Below, one piece after another: positions 14,164 through 28,145 of a DNA stretch of 64,000 bases. The DNA comes from Haliotis cracherodii (lineage: Eukaryota). Within the stretch, counting starts at the first letter, position 1, and each line of letters begins with the position of its first letter. A model generated the notes under the pieces. That model was not told where the DNA came from, searched no databases, and was given only the letters and a program-made list of their open reading frames with translations. The translations under genes and the position numbers were made by a program. The stretch spans positions 15,624,001 through 15,688,000 of the forward strand of contig NW_027266330.1 of NCBI RefSeq assembly GCF_022045235.1, in the 5' to 3' direction.

Positions 14164-15081
14164 AACATTCCGTCCCTAAATGTCTGCACCGGGTAATAAA
14201 ATGGGACACACTTTGGTGTAAAAAACCTTAAAGAACAAGTCAAAATGTAACGGATGAAACAGTGACAATGATCTTAATACGAAAGTATACCCAATAATAC
14301 TTGTCTAGACTGCAAACAATGTTTTCCATGGGATTGGTCACTTCGACAGTCTTCCGCCTCTTTTGAAAACTATAACCTTTGTGACCATGGCTAACGAGCC
14401 CCAGAGGACATCAAGTCTCTTCTGTAAACCAAAAACTGTATCTTAAATAAACACAACATCCTCAGCAAACGAAAGAAGAAATTGCTGTACACGTTTAGGT
14501 GAAGTTGAATTCCTGGTACGCCACATGCTTCGAGTTCATAATTCATTGACAACAATGGAAAATAGAAGAGGGCTTAAGATATACCCTTGACGTAACCCAG
14601 TGGGCAATTATTATTAAACTTGACACGTGTTTTAACACTTATAGACTTTAACACTTTATGCATACAGAGACTTGACTGATTTTAACAGCTTACTACTGAC
14701 CCCTTTTAGCCTTAAAATATCCCACTATTTTGCCCTATTCACCAAGTCAAATGCTTTTGAAAAGTCTATAAAACATGCATACAATAAGATAAGATAAGAT
14801 AAAGTTCAATAACAGACTGGAGAGAAAAAACCTTATCAACAGAGCTGTTACCTTTGCGAAAACCCGCTTGAGATTCATCATTTTTTCCTGTGGTAGCCGG
14901 TCTCACAGTCCCTGAACCTTATAATATTCAATTCAACCCAGCCCATGTTGTCATGGAGGAAAACAGTAAAGCAAAATGCACGTGCAAGTTATGGGATTCG
15001 TAACTAGTGGTAGTGGCTATAAAAAGGCAAGTATAAGCCAATAATTTGTCATTCAATTGTCAATATTTTTCAAGTTCGAAA

Positions 15082-15646
15082 ATGCCGAGACTCAGCGCTG
15101 CCGATCGGAACATCGCCATAGGGCGTGTCCAAAGAGGGGAATCGCAGTCTTCTGTTGTACGCCACTTCAACGTCCACCACAGCACCATTTGCCGCCTTTG
15201 GGACCGATACACACAGTTCAATTCCACTGAAAACCGTCCGAGAAACAACCGACCAAGAGTTACCACCCCTGCACAGAATCGCTTCATTCGACTGTTCCAG
15301 CTACGTCATCGCAATGCCACAGCGACGGAGACTGCAGGGTGCATCCCTGGTTTGAGGAGGATATCGGACCAGACTGTCGGGAACCATCTTCGCGGGGCTG
15401 GAATCCGACCCAGAAGAACAGTTATCGTCCCTGTTTTGCAACAGATCCATCGACAGCGACGCTTGCGTCGGTGCCATACCTTACAGCCTTGGATTTGAGA
15501 AACTGGAAACGAGTGTGGTTTAGCGATGAATCACGATTTCTTCTTCACCGACGAGATGGAAGACAACGTGTTTATCGTCGTCGATATGAGCGTTTTGCCC
15601 CACACTGTGTATGTGAATTCGACAATTTCGGTGGCTGTAGTGTCGT

Positions 15647-15685
<39 letters not shown>

Positions 15686-16203
15686 TTCAGGGGAATTTGA
15701 GAGCAAATCGCTACAATCAAATTCTTCAACCTCACCTTCTTCCAATCAATGACTGCCAGAGGGAACTGTATCGTGTCACGATAGACGACCTGCATGATGC
15801 CAACATCAACGTTTTGCCGTCGAGATCTCCAGATCTCAACCCAATGGAACACCTCTTTGATGGACTCGATCGACGTGTACGTCAACGTTAGAACACGCCG
15901 CAGACACTCCCACAACTGGCCAACGCGTTACAAGCAGAATGGCGCAGAATTCCACAGGACAGAATTCGTATACTCGATGCAGAGCCGCGATTGCTGCCCG
16001 GGGGAGTTCAGCGCCACCTTATGGCCTTATGTGACATGCCAATGAACAGTTTTCAAAGCCTTTGTACAACGACATGTGACTTTCGAGCTCCAAAATTTCA
16101 TATTTGTAGCTATGATATTAAATTAAATATATCGACTTTATTAGGTACAATAAATGTACTAAAAATCTACCTATGCGTTTCTTCTTTTTTTTTGAAGAGT
16201 GTA
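15082..16203 (+). pseudogene. Degenerate Tc1/mariner transposase with right TIR
   Basis: MPRLSAADRNIAIG paired-like HTH, RPRVTT, WKRVWFSDESRF, SPDLNPMEH motifs; frameshifts and a (TG)n insertion; ends ...tttgaagagtg|TA. Confidence 0.85.
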
Positions 16204-16404
16204 TTTTAATTTTTTGTTGGACTTTGCACAAAGTTATTATTTTGATTGGTGTTTATTTTGCAACCTTTGAGTTTCGCTTGAATGTGCTGTTTTGATTCTA
16301 AAGAGTTTTGAACATAATCATTCCGCTTCTTTCGCTTTAATAAATTTGAAATAAAACACTCGTTCTTTCAGTAAACTTTTAGCATACACAAATATATAAT
16401 AGGT

Positions 16405-16457
16405 GTGGTGAAATTAGGTCGCGTCCAAGATTATTGCACTTATATAGCGACGTGCAT

Positions 16458-16497
<40 letters not shown>

Positions 16498-16580
16498 CTG
16501 GTTGTACTAGTCCGGACTGATGCCGATTTACAATGCTAGCTCACTGAGATACCATGCCGCAGTTTAACATGAACGAGTAT
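16405..16580 (-). mobile_element. SINE family D, 3' part
   Basis: Homologous to 19010-19160. Confidence 0.7.
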
Positions 16581-17868
16581 TTTATCAACGACACCATTCT
16601 TCCAACAGTAATAAGCAGTGTCATAAGTGTAAAAAGTACTACTAACAGCTTCAGTAGCAGAGCCATTAGTATGTCATTTGATTGTGACGTCATGGTAACA
16701 ATTTCACAATGGTCTGCAAAGCATTGTGATGCAATTTCATTGCAGCGATATCTACAGTGTAGGAGATAAATAGAGTATACTACACTCATTCTCGCTAGAT
16801 ACCACTTTAACGTAACGAGTGTACTTTCTATGCTATCTGACCGAGCGAAAGCGAGGTCAAATATCATAGAAAGTTCACAAGTTTCGTAAAAATGGTAACT
16901 TACGAGAATGTGTGTGGCATTTTATTTATTACCCACGTTAAATATATATTTATGTGGAAATACATAACAAATTTCGTTTGACAGACCAACTGAAACCGGT
17001 TGCAAAATCGGGTTGCGCGTGAATATTGATATATGCCCAAATATGGGCTTTGTTGACATTTCCGTGCAAACGCATTAACAACATGCTCGTGCTGTTGTGT
17101 TTGCAAACATAACAGCACCGACGCTCAAGATCCTTTTTGAAGAATTCCTTCAACTTATGATAATTCAAGCTTATTGTTGTTATTACGCAGAACACCTAAA
17201 ACAAAATTTTAAAAGTCACCTTAGCGCCACGCTTTTAATATCGGACAAACAATCGGTCACTCCCACTAGCTTGGTTGCGGCTGTGCAATCAAAATTGTTC
17301 GGTTTCCTTGATCTATCGGCTGAATATATATTTATATCCTGTCCGTACCATATTGGACGTGGGAAATCAGAGTGTTCGCGAAAGACATTCATGTTAACTA
17401 TATACCACCCTATACTGAAGATGTGAAAATCAACAAACTCAAGTCTGCTTGCATGTCAATGCCTGCTTCGAACGAAGGGCAAGGTCACCACGGGAATAAG
17501 AAATGGCAACCTTGATCTCCCCACACCGTTTTACGCTAGTGATAGGGAATGCTATTGTTCACATTTAGGAGGTTTTGGGTCACATAATAAGAAGTCAGGC
17601 ACACTTCTACCGAGTTTTCGAATGCTTTGTATCGGAACTGTTCACTTTTAGTGATCTGTTCGTGCAGTCGTATATTTTCATTCATGAACAAACACTTTCG
17701 GATGAAACAACCGGGGCATCAAACGTAAGTCTATATATCCGTCTAGATAGTTTAAACTGACATCATTTCATCACGCCTAACCTTTTACGTTAAATCAAAT
17801 TGATAGTCGCGAAAGTGGTCGGGTGCGTCACGCTCATCGGGACCCTCGATGCATTTTGAGACATTGTA

Positions 17869-18030
17869 GGGGCGGTCGGGTAGCCTAGTGGTTAAAGCAT
17901 TCGCTCGTCACGCCGAAGATCCGGGTTCGATTCCCGATGTGGGTACAATGTGTGAAGCCAATTTCTGGTGTCCCCCGCCGTGATATTGCTGGAATATTGC
18001 TAAAAGCGGCGTAAAACCTCACTCACTCAT
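17869..18030 (+). mobile_element. tRNA-derived SINE, family B
   Basis: A/B boxes; flanking direct repeat ttgagacattg. Confidence 0.85.
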
Positions 18031-19009
18031 TCTTGAGACATTGCGTATGGATATGGCTCGATTTTATAATGTCTGCAGTAGCTCGTAGTGACGATCTTGT
18101 TTGGTTTAATAAAGTTTAAATGTCTCTCGCTTTAGTGAGAGTCCTTCAGTTCTGCCTTGTAGTTGTAAAATGAATGACGTCTCGCGATTTTTTATGAATG
18201 AAAAAAGTAGTCCCAGTATGACAGAGGTCACGGTTATCCAATCTAAACGAATAAAACGAGGTCAACTTTGTACGACACACATGTGACGTACGGATTTAGT
18301 ATCTTACCACCTGTATCTTCACCACGTGGGTAATAAAACATATTTTACATCTGGCACAAAGACGCTTCTGTGAATGTTAAATGTGTTCCCTGTGCCTTTA
18401 GCACGTGTGTGTCTCTGCTTGGCGTTAAGAAACATAATTGTCCCGAGGCAAGTCTACAATCCATCTAGGACCAACTTGACCATACAACCTAAATGTTACT
18501 TGCCCATATCGACGGGCTTATTATAATCGACGATAGCCCTGATAGCCCTGATATTTTCTTGCAAAGAAAAGGTACCAAATCAAAAGGGCGTTCAATTAAT
18601 AGAGTAGGACCCTGACTAAAACACAAATAGGCCCACCCATAAACGGATTATCTATTAGCTTTGGTGTTTGTAACATATAAATAGTTAATTATTGATCCCA
18701 AGCCACCGCGACGAAAGACACCATTTATCAGCATCAGCTCCGTGTTTCGCGGGTTCGAATCCCGCTGTGATACATGTTTTTAGTGATGTTGTTCTGTCGT
18801 CTAGCAAATTGGAGAAAACGGTCAAAAAGAAAAGATTAACTAACTGTGACTTTTAGCGCCTCAGCGCCATCCCTCATTCGCTGGCTTACAAGCGGCCAGC
18901 TGTGCTGGCAGTGCAGCCTGTCGCAATTCACTTTCCAGAGTTGTGTCCCTTTGATATACCAGAAGCCAATGAGGGTGTGTTCGAAACCCATATTCTCTCT
19001 GATAGTTTG

Positions 19010-19347
19010 AGGTGGGGTGAAATTGGGTTCAACGTCGCGTCCAAGATTATTGTCCTTATATAGCGACGTGCATGCACGCGTGTGTGTGGCTGCTTGTACA
19101 AGTCCGGACTGATGCCGATTTATAGTGCTAGCCGACTGAGATACCATGCCGCAGTTTATCATGAATACACAGTATACTGACTCCGAGCTGACCAGTTCTT
19201 GTTTTAGCCCCTTAATGCCGAGCGCCAGACAGTGTAACAACAAGTACCATCTTTTAACGTCTTTTGGTATGACGTGGCCGGGGATCGAACCCCGGACCTT
19301 CCGCTCTCCGGGCGGACGCTCTACCACTAGACCACGGAGTCGGTCCC
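19010..19347 (-). mobile_element. tRNA-derived SINE, family D (Meta/MESC-like central domain)
   Basis: Minus strand: tggtctagtgg...ggggttcgatcccc head followed by gtcataccaaaagacgttaaaagatggtacttgttg; further copies at 50850 and 59730. Confidence 0.75.
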
Positions 19348-19644
19348 TGATTGTATCAAGGTTTGTCAGCACCATACCCGTGCTGGTGGGTTTCACCAAA
19401 GTACTAAACGTCTGAGACCTGCATCGCTTCGGTCTACCTTCTCATGGCACAGCATAAAATCCTGAAACGCACATATTTCCCGATATGACGAGATAAGGGA
19501 AAATGTAGACTAAAGGGACACAATTGGACACAATTGCTTTAATGATTGGTAAATTATTAACACAAGGGTAGTAAATACAAACTGGAATTTCTTGGATTGA
19601 AAGGCATATTTTGTTTCTATTTTTTTATGCTTTTAGCAAGTTTT

Positions 19645-19896
19645 TTGTTTTGTTTGTTGTTTAACGCCGCAATCATCAATATTCTAGCTATATGACGCGG
19701 GTCTGTAAACAATCGAGTCCGAAGCAGACAATCCAGGGATTGACACTATGAGCATCGATCCACACAATTGGGATACGATGCACATGCATCAACCAAGTTA
19801 GTGAGTCTGACCACTTTATCCCGTTAGTCGCCTCTTACCACCTTTCATGGCAAGCATGAGTTGCTGAAGACCTATTTAGCCCGGATCTTCACGGGT
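19645..19896 (-). mobile_element. SINE-like repeat, family A
   Basis: Homologous to 2041-2303. Confidence 0.75.
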
Positions 19897-20918
19897 GTTT
19901 TAGCACTTTAATATACTGTAATAATGTCAGCTTTATGTGGGAGGAAATCCCACAGTTGTGCACGTCTAAGAGCATGGGTATGGTGGTGAGAATCCTATAA
20001 ATACAATCGGGGAGAAGTTGACAATCGAACCCACGATCACCAGATCCTGGCATCCCAAAGGGAGACAATCCATAGCGACATTAGACCACCCGCTAATGTT
20101 ATTAAGTGAATAATGCATATATGATGAATACTACTTACGTTAATGAAGAGGATGGAATTATTTTCTTCTGTCTTGGTAACATGATAGGCACTGAGATTGC
20201 AAACGTATTTCATCTTTGTGCTACTAAATCCGATTGTGTTACTATACTGCGCTACTCAATGCGAGCGTGTTATTGCGCAGGGATGAGCCTTTAGAAATGG
20301 ATGGCAGCTACAGGTCAACAAATGTTCAGCCATTACCCGGTCGTGTCAGTTTCTTCCCCAGGTAAAAGAAAGTGTCATCTGTTGACTTGGTATTACGAAA
20401 CAATTTCAACAATTAACCGAGTTTTTAAACACCTTCAGTCTGACATGACACCATCCAGAATAACCCAACGTTCATTTGAAAATACTTGCGGCGTTAAACG
20501 GCTTATATAATATCTGTCCATAACTCATGCGTATTCGTATTGCATTTAAGCGTTGCTTGGAAATCACATTTCTTCTTCGTCTTGGAGGAGAACTTATAAG
20601 TCATCCATGCATTATCGGTATTCCAGTGTCTTGAAAAGTTGAGTGATATGTAGTAGTTTGGCTTCCGTGGAAGGATTGGGACAAGCGACATTTTCTACCG
20701 CTTCCTGTTTCGCACATGTTGTTTTCGCCAGATTCGCTGTCGACAATTGTTTACTTTCAAGTAACTTCACGTAATGTCAGAAATGAGGTCAAGGCGACAT
20801 GGTTGAATGTGTACATGGTGACAATAGCAGTTGTCTCCCCTTATCCCACTTTGTCGGCTTGTGCTGGATTAACTGTTCGTGCTGTGTGGACCTCGCTGTT
20901 ATGTGTATAGAAATATAG

Positions 20919-21060
20919 AATACTAAACGAGCTCCCGTGTAATACCAATTTTATGAAACAAGTGAATCGTTCTGGTATTTGACGAGCGAAAGCGAGTCAG
21001 ATACCACAACTATTCACGAGTTTCATAAAATTGGTATTACACAGGAGCTCGTTTAGTATT
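20919..21060. repeat. Long imperfect palindrome (terminus of a non-autonomous element)
   Basis: aatactaaacgagctcc...ggagctcgtttagtatt arms around a gagcgaaagcgag centre; related sequence near 16830-16930. Confidence 0.75.
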
Positions 21061-21499
21061 TTATTTATTACTTGCCATTTATAACTTTTTTAAAGAATTT
21101 CACTGTCGTGTATGAAAAGGCAGACACCTACACAATGCACGGCACAAACCAATTGACTTTAACAGAATAATACTTCAAACACGTAAAACGTTGACACATA
21201 TTAATTAAATACCTTACAACCGCCCACCTTTAGAATTCAGGCGTCCGTTCCACAAAGTTATCGTAGCGCTAAGGTTATCGTAACTCACATACGGTTACTT
21301 TAACAGAAACTTACGACTGTCGTTACTCTACAGTATGATCGCCTTGTGGAACGGGGCCCTGCACAACAAAGTTTACAATCACGTCACAATAACCGATGAC
21401 GTAATTTGTCGAATTTTGTTGCAAGATCCATCGGCGAAACAATGCCATGTGACGTCAGCCCAGCAACAAGGTTGGTGGGGGTCATAGAGTGTGCATAAG

Positions 21500-22158
21500 C
21501 TCCTCTCTGTGATCTATCATCTCCAAACGCAATGTCGTTGAATAAGCCAAGGGATGCTGAGAGCTTTCAATGGTCGTTCGTGGAACTTGTTCCCGCAGTA
21601 CATAAGCACACGCTTTGGTATTACCAGAGACCATAACCATCTAAAAAAATAAACAAAACATACTACAGGTAACTGCCCACACTGCAAACAACTAGAAACC
21701 CCAAAACACGCACTCATCTACTGCACACACTACCTAACACATCGAACCGCATTGCAAACCACCCTCAATCTAAACAAGGCTCTCACTCTAGAAGAAATAC
21801 TAAACCCACAAAATAAACTAGAAAACTTCAAGGCCTTAGGCGTATTTTTAATCAAAACGGAACTAATAAAACGCATCTAAAAACACTATAATCCACCAAA
21901 TCAAGATTACATAAACACACAAACATCCACCATACCCAGCTCCCTTAGTTCTCCTCCCCTACCCCATCGGCACCTATTCCAAATCTCAAAATTCCCAAAT
22001 TCTATATAAGCAACCCCTAAAGCCCCCTCTTGGGTTGCACAGACCACTTTCGCCCCTTTCGGAAACACATTAAATGGCCTGGCCGGGCCCGTGTGCGAAA
22101 AACGCATCAGTCGGAAAGCGCACGTTAAATCTCCAAAGTAAGTAAGTAAGTAAGTAAG
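21500..22158 (+). mobile_element. 3' fragment of an I/Nimb-like LINE
   Basis: C-terminal CCHC-like remnant (CPHC..ETPKHALIYC), 3' UTR and (TAAG)n tail; related to 27200-27800. Confidence 0.6.
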
Positions 22159-22917
22159 ACAACAAACCAGCCAACCAACCATTAGGGAATGTGAGGCATA
22201 CAATGCCATCTGTTATTTTGAGTTGAGTGTAAATCCAATCAACTTAATGTTGAAAATATAGTGACTCATGACACAGATCCTGGATGTGAAATAAGAGCAT
22301 GGATGATCAAAGATGACAATCGGGTCAATTCTGTCGACTCAGGACTTGGCAGACAATGTTCAACAATATTCTTGACAGACGTCACACCTGAGCTCCTTGT
22401 CAGTCTATATTAACGTTGTGACTGCCTGGAAGGATTGGTGTTGTGTCCTGGATTCCTGTGTGAGGCAACCTTTGGCTCCATTGTATCCATTAGGTCAGAT
22501 TGCAAACACCTGAAGCAGCATCATGGCGATAGCTACTGATATGGTCTCTGGTATTACATAATGTGTAACACAGATGTATGTTTATTAAACAGGTGACCTC
22601 TTCACGGGCAAGTAATAAATAGAGAATCTCACCCGAGTGTCTTTTGGTATCAAGATATAAACACGAGTTGATAGATGTGGGTGACACGAGGGTGAGATTT
22701 TATTCATCATCAAACATCATTCTTCCAACTTTTTCCGTTTGTAGACAATAATAAGAATTGTCTTAAGTGTAAAAAGTACTGCTAACAGCTTCAGTAGCAG
22801 AGCCATTAGTGATGTCATTTGATTTTGACGTCATGTAACCAATGACGTCACAATGGTCTGCAAAGCATTGTGATGCAATTTCATTGCAGCGATATCTACA
22901 ATGTAGAAATTTAGAAG

Positions 22918-23080
22918 ATAAATACTACGTGTGTGTCTATTTCCGGGATTTTATCGAGTATTTGCATCTTGCAAATTTATCTCGAGACCCAAAAGCGTTA
23001 GCTTGAGGGGCTCGAATGAAAATTTCCAAGATGCAAATACTCGATAAAATCCCGGAAATAGACACACACATAGTATTTAT
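22918..23080. repeat. Long imperfect palindrome
   Basis: ataaatactacgtgtgtgtctatttccgggattttatcgagtatttgcatcttg is inverted at 23026-23080. Confidence 0.85.
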
Positions 23081-24945
23081 CGATATTGTAAACTTATTGT
23101 TTTATTTAGCTCTCTTTAACACCTCGTACTTACTCGGTTGTGAGGCGTCAACATCGAACGTTCTGTCGCTGCTATGGTGATTGTGATTTTGGTAATAACG
23201 TACACCGGTAATGAGACGCAAATACCATCACGTATATTTCAGCTGCGATACCTACATCCTTGAATTCCTCATACATTTTAGAATCAAATGCCAAATGGTC
23301 TTTGTCACAAATACAAATTGTCTAGATGTTATGAAGCAAAATAAATGAGTTGTGAAAACGATCGCTGAAAAAACTGCACTTGTTGGAAATGTAAACAAAG
23401 CCATTCGTCTATTCGTTGAGTATATTGGGTCGAGATCTGCATTTTCAGAATATACACGGGAAGAGAATCGTAGGAAGAATTAGGGAATTAAACATATATA
23501 CATTGTATTAAATTGATATTTTCAACAGAACTTGTCGAAGTTCCCGTCCTGTGTGACGCCATGATTGACGCAAAATCACGCACAACGACAACGGTATTTA
23601 TCAGAATTTCTGACTATTTTCGTTGGTTTCAATGAAAAATACAACAACAAAAAACAGTACACAGATTGTCAGAGTGTTTCTGATTACTTACATGTCACAT
23701 TTCCCTCGTAAAATCCCGCGCACTGTTGACAGTCAACACGACATTTTGTAAAATTCGGTCACCGGTAGTGATGTCAAACTTCAACATATTTGTTGTACAT
23801 ATTTGGTAATTTCTCAGAGGTGAAGGTCCTTGAATGAAAGTACACACGATCATTGTTAAGTGCTTTTAACTGTTTCATGATGTAGATCTTGCATATCTTT
23901 TGTACATTTTTTTAACACAATTAATTTCACTTTGGATATTAATCAATGTTCAATATGATATTATACGTAGATATAGGCCACAACATATATGAACGTTTGA
24001 TAATCTCCTGTTTGTTTGAACAATGTTCACATATGAAGTTGATAAGTTTATAGTGTCGTATACGATATTTCTTTAATTTGAACAAGTGTACATGTGACAT
24101 GTACATTTACATTTCATCTTGTATGTATTTCTAGGGAGTGTAATAGTCAATATTATAAGTTTCATATTAATAGTGTCCATGAATAGCCGTTTCATTTTAT
24201 TTTATAACTAAAACTGACGATATAACTTAACCAAAATCGATATTATTTTTCGTTAAATTATATGCACACATTTCTTGAAGAATTGGCTTGGTCTTGGATT
24301 TTTTTATGCCGTTTGATATACAGAACAGTGATATCTCAGGATTCGCCAGGAGCGCGTTTGTCGCTATGGCGATTGTGATTTTGGTAATTATTTCATTGTA
24401 ATTTTTTATAATTAAAAATTTAAAATCCCAATAATTCCCAGGAATAGAGAAAATCAAAATATTTGTTATGAATTTTGTATTTCAATTTGCGTCCATTGTT
24501 AATTAGTATGCAAAAAATGCTGAGTAATTATGTATTCCTACACAGTGATTCGGTCGCTTGCTTCAGGGAATTCAAATCGTATTTTCACCCTCTGACATTT
24601 GCTCATGTGACCCAAATTAGCCAATCACAACACAGAACACACTTTCTATAGGTTTACAATATAGAATAACCCACGAGGTACGAGTGATTACGGAAAATAT
24701 GTCACGAGTGAGCTCCGAGCTTTAGCCAAGGCTCGCTAAATACAATGTTTATTCCTAATGCAGGATATTTACCATCCCCAAACACACTCACGTGATAACC
24801 TCTATATCTCACCAAAGCGATATCTACTGTGGAAGACAGTTTTGGATGATAAACGCTGATAAAAGTTGTTCACAATCTCAATGTGTCTTTGCATCTACAA
24901 GTCAAGACGGTTATTCATTCTAACATCAACTGTTTAATATGTCAA

Positions 24946-24973
24946 CAGAAACCATATCAGTATATGGTCTCTG
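24946..24973. mobile_element. 28-bp P-element TIR-TIR remnant (probable excision footprint)
   Basis: CAGAAACCATAT-CAG-TATATGGTCTCTG matches both ends of the P element at 51547-59713; flanked by ATGTCAA/ATGTAAA (7-bp near-TSD). Confidence 0.6.
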
Positions 24974-24989
24974 ATGTAAAAAAATATCT

Positions 24990-26625
24990 CAGTGAGAGAG
25001 TGAGTGAGTACTGTTTTACGCCGCTTTTAGCACAATGGCAGCAATACTATAGTATCATGCCGGCGAACACCAGAAATGGACTTCACACATTGTACCCATG
25101 TTGGGAATCGAACCCGGGTCTTCGGAGTGGCGAAGAAATGCTTTAACCACTAGGCTACCCTAACTATCAGACATGTATATGCCTTGTTTTCCCTGATAGG
25201 AGAAAGTTTGTTTGTGTGTTGTTTAACGCCGCACTATTCCAGCTATATGACAGCGGCCTGTAAATAGTCGAGTCTGGATCAGACAACCCAGTGATTGATA
25301 TCATGAGCATCAATCAACGCCGTCGGGGTACGATGACATGCCATCAACCAAGACACAGAGCCTGACCATCCGATTCATAGATGGTCGCATGGCTTGCTGG
25401 GGACCTATTCTAATCCGGAAACCTTTACATACAAGACTCCAGCGTGCATGCAGTACCATTAAGCCGACCTATTCAAGGCAAATCTTATGGAAAATCACAC
25501 ATGTAATTGTGGTTCAGATTCTGAAAGTTCTTTTCATAATTTCTTCGATTTTCGTAATTATATTACATCGCGTAGATTATTATAACATTTCGACAGAAAT
25601 ACATGTAAGTGAATCTAGTTCTCAGCATTTGTCACTTGACACTTCCAAACTAAAAATAATTGACGTTTAGGGATGAGTTTAAATAATTTTAGAGAAAATG
25701 AAATCCTAAATCGCCGTTTCCTTAGCAACCTAATATAGATTACCGATGTAAGACTAACTTTGCTCGGGGCGGTCGAGTAGCCTAGAAGTTAACGTGTTCG
25801 CTCGTCACGCCGAAGTCCCGAGTTCTATTCCCCACTTGAGGACAATATTTGAAGCCCATTTCTGGTGTCCCCCGCCGTGATATTGCCGTAATATTGCTAA
25901 AAGCAGATTAAAACCATATTCATCCACTCACTTAATTTCCTGAAACATCGATAATATTTCAGGTGCTATGTGTAAGAGTTGCGTCCTTCAACCCGACCAG
26001 AATCCGCTTATTCTAGCTCAAATTCCAGATTCGAGGCAATCATTGGACAGCTCGGGTGGCTAAGTGGTCATGTTGCTATGTAGAGTTGCGTCGTAAAAGT
26101 ATCCGATGATCGTGGGATCGATTCCACACTCTTCCTAAGTATGACCGAGTTGGTTGCGTTCTTTTGGATGCCAGGATCCGCTGGGTTTGATTACCGTATT
26201 TTACATGACAATGATCTTTGGTTTGTCCGCACCATTGCCTCGCAATGCTGCGATAATCTGCAAGTATACGTATGTTCAGCGGGGTGTTGCTAAAACGGTA
26301 ACGGGTCAAGATAAGATAGGCGAAAACGGCCTTGTGATACCTGGCTAAAATCAAGCCCTAGCGCTGTTATTATTTGTTGTTTGTTTGTTTAACGCCACAC
26401 TCAGCAATATTCCATCTCTATGACGGCGGTCTGTAAAATAATCGAGTCTGGACCACACGATCCAGTAAAAGATATCATGAGCATCGATCCACGCAATTGG
26501 GTTCGATGACATGCATCAACCAAGTCAGCGAACCTGACCACCCGATCACGTTAGTCGCCTTTTACGACAAGCATAGTCACCTTTACGGCAAGTATGGGTT
26601 GCTGAAGACCTTTTCTACCCCAGAA
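24990..26625. mobile_element. Cluster of SINEs (B minus 24990-25160, A minus 25205-25420, B plus 25766-25931, A minus 26375-26625)
   Basis: Homology to families A and B seen elsewhere in the window. Confidence 0.75.
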
Positions 26626-27199
26626 TGCTATTCTTTGATTTCTGTCTGATATGATTATTGCTGTATTACATTTGTACTGGGTTCTGATTGAGCAGTCCAG
26701 TGGACATTCCGGGTTAGACCCCAGCAACCATCTTCCCGAGGCAAGGGAGTTAACTGACAATATAAGTCCAGTTTCCACCCTCACCAAACTCGGCTCGAAT
26801 TTCATGGCGCGATCGTTGCGCCACCAGTGGCTATTACGAATTATTTCCCTTTTGTGGAGACAGGACAAGCTCCTTCCCAGCGCGTGACACATTCGTTACA
26901 CTCTCGGTAATATCGCTGCCACCAGTGTGGGCGCGGCCATTACAAGAATCTTGAAATTTGCCCTCTAACCCAAATGTAGTAACGTTAATACTTTTGTTTA
27001 TGTCTTAGGGAATGCCACCACAGTTATTTTTGGAAAGGTTTACGACTGACCATATTTCCCAGATGAATTAACCTTTTTGTTTGTTTGATCGGCTTTGTTC
27101 GAGATTGCAGACGACCGGAAAATCAACCAACTTCTCCCTTACATTCTTACCATACCAATTACATGATAGTTGTATTGAAACAGAAATTCAAATTGACAA

Positions 27200-27800
27200 G
27201 CAAAAAAAATAATTCAGCTGGGATAAGAGTATTTAGGGGTTGCTTATATAGTAATTTTGAAATTTTGAGATTTGGAATGAATGCCGAGAGTGGGTGGAGG
27301 ACGGCTTTAATTAGGTATATGCCTAAGGCTAGGAATTTTTCTAATTTATTTTGTGGATTTAGGATTGGTTCTAGTGTAAGTGCGGTTTTAAGATTTAGGG
27401 TGGTCTGTGGTGTTGTTCGGTGTGTTTGGTAGTGTGTGCAGTGAATGAGTACGTGTTCTGGTGTTTCTTGTCGTTTGCAATGTGGGCAGTTTCCTGTTGT
27501 GTGTAGATTAGCTATTTTACGGTGATTATTTAGGTTGGTGTGGCCTGTTTGTAGTTTAGTAATTATTCTGTCAATTTTTTGGGATGGGTGTAGTATTTTT
27601 TGTTTAGTTAGGTTTTTTTTAGTACTTTCCTGATTTGGCTATTTGAGTTTTTGTATATATTTTGACATTTTTTGTTGATTTTTGTTTAGTGACACTTTTG
27701 ATTTCTGATTTTGAGCTGGGTAAGTTTAAACTTATTCCTGGGAGTTTAAGGGATAATTTTGCTGCTTTATCTGCGTTTTCATTTCCAATGAGTTCAACTC
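27200..27800 (-). mobile_element. I/Nimb-like LINE fragment (RNase H end and 3' region)
   Basis: GNENADKAAK RNase H C-terminal motif; downstream TGHTNL and CPHC..ETPEHVLIHC on the minus strand. Confidence 0.65.
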
Positions 27801-27996
27801 CAAGAATGGTTTTAAAATAGCCACAGATCACAGTGGGGAGTTTTGACTGTTGGCAGCAATAGCATCGAGAGCTCTGCGTGGAGCTTGGAGACAGGACTTT
27901 TATAGTCAATTAACTCCCTTGCCTCGGGAAGATGAGAGCTACATTTTGCTGATTACCCCCAGGGGTACGTTAATTGCCGCTTTTAACATCATTTTA

Positions 27997-28145
27997 GGGC
28001 TGTTGGGTAGCCTAGTGCGTAAAGCGTTTGCTCGTCACGTCACAGAACCGGGTATCGATTCCCCACATGGATACAATGTGTGAAGCCCATTTCTGGTGTC
28101 CAGCCGTGATATTGCTGGAATATTGCTAAAGGCGGTGTAAAATAA
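27997..28145 (+). mobile_element. tRNA-derived SINE, family B
   Basis: Homology to family B. Confidence 0.75.

Noticed and set aside
17869-17945. tRNA-like sequences (A/B boxes, GTC anticodon-like loop) as tRNA genes
   Set aside because: They continue into a shared SINE body and tail, occur in many diverged copies and have TSDs.
18836-19415. 187-aa and 89-aa ORFs
   Set aside because: They overlap a family D SINE; no coding signature.
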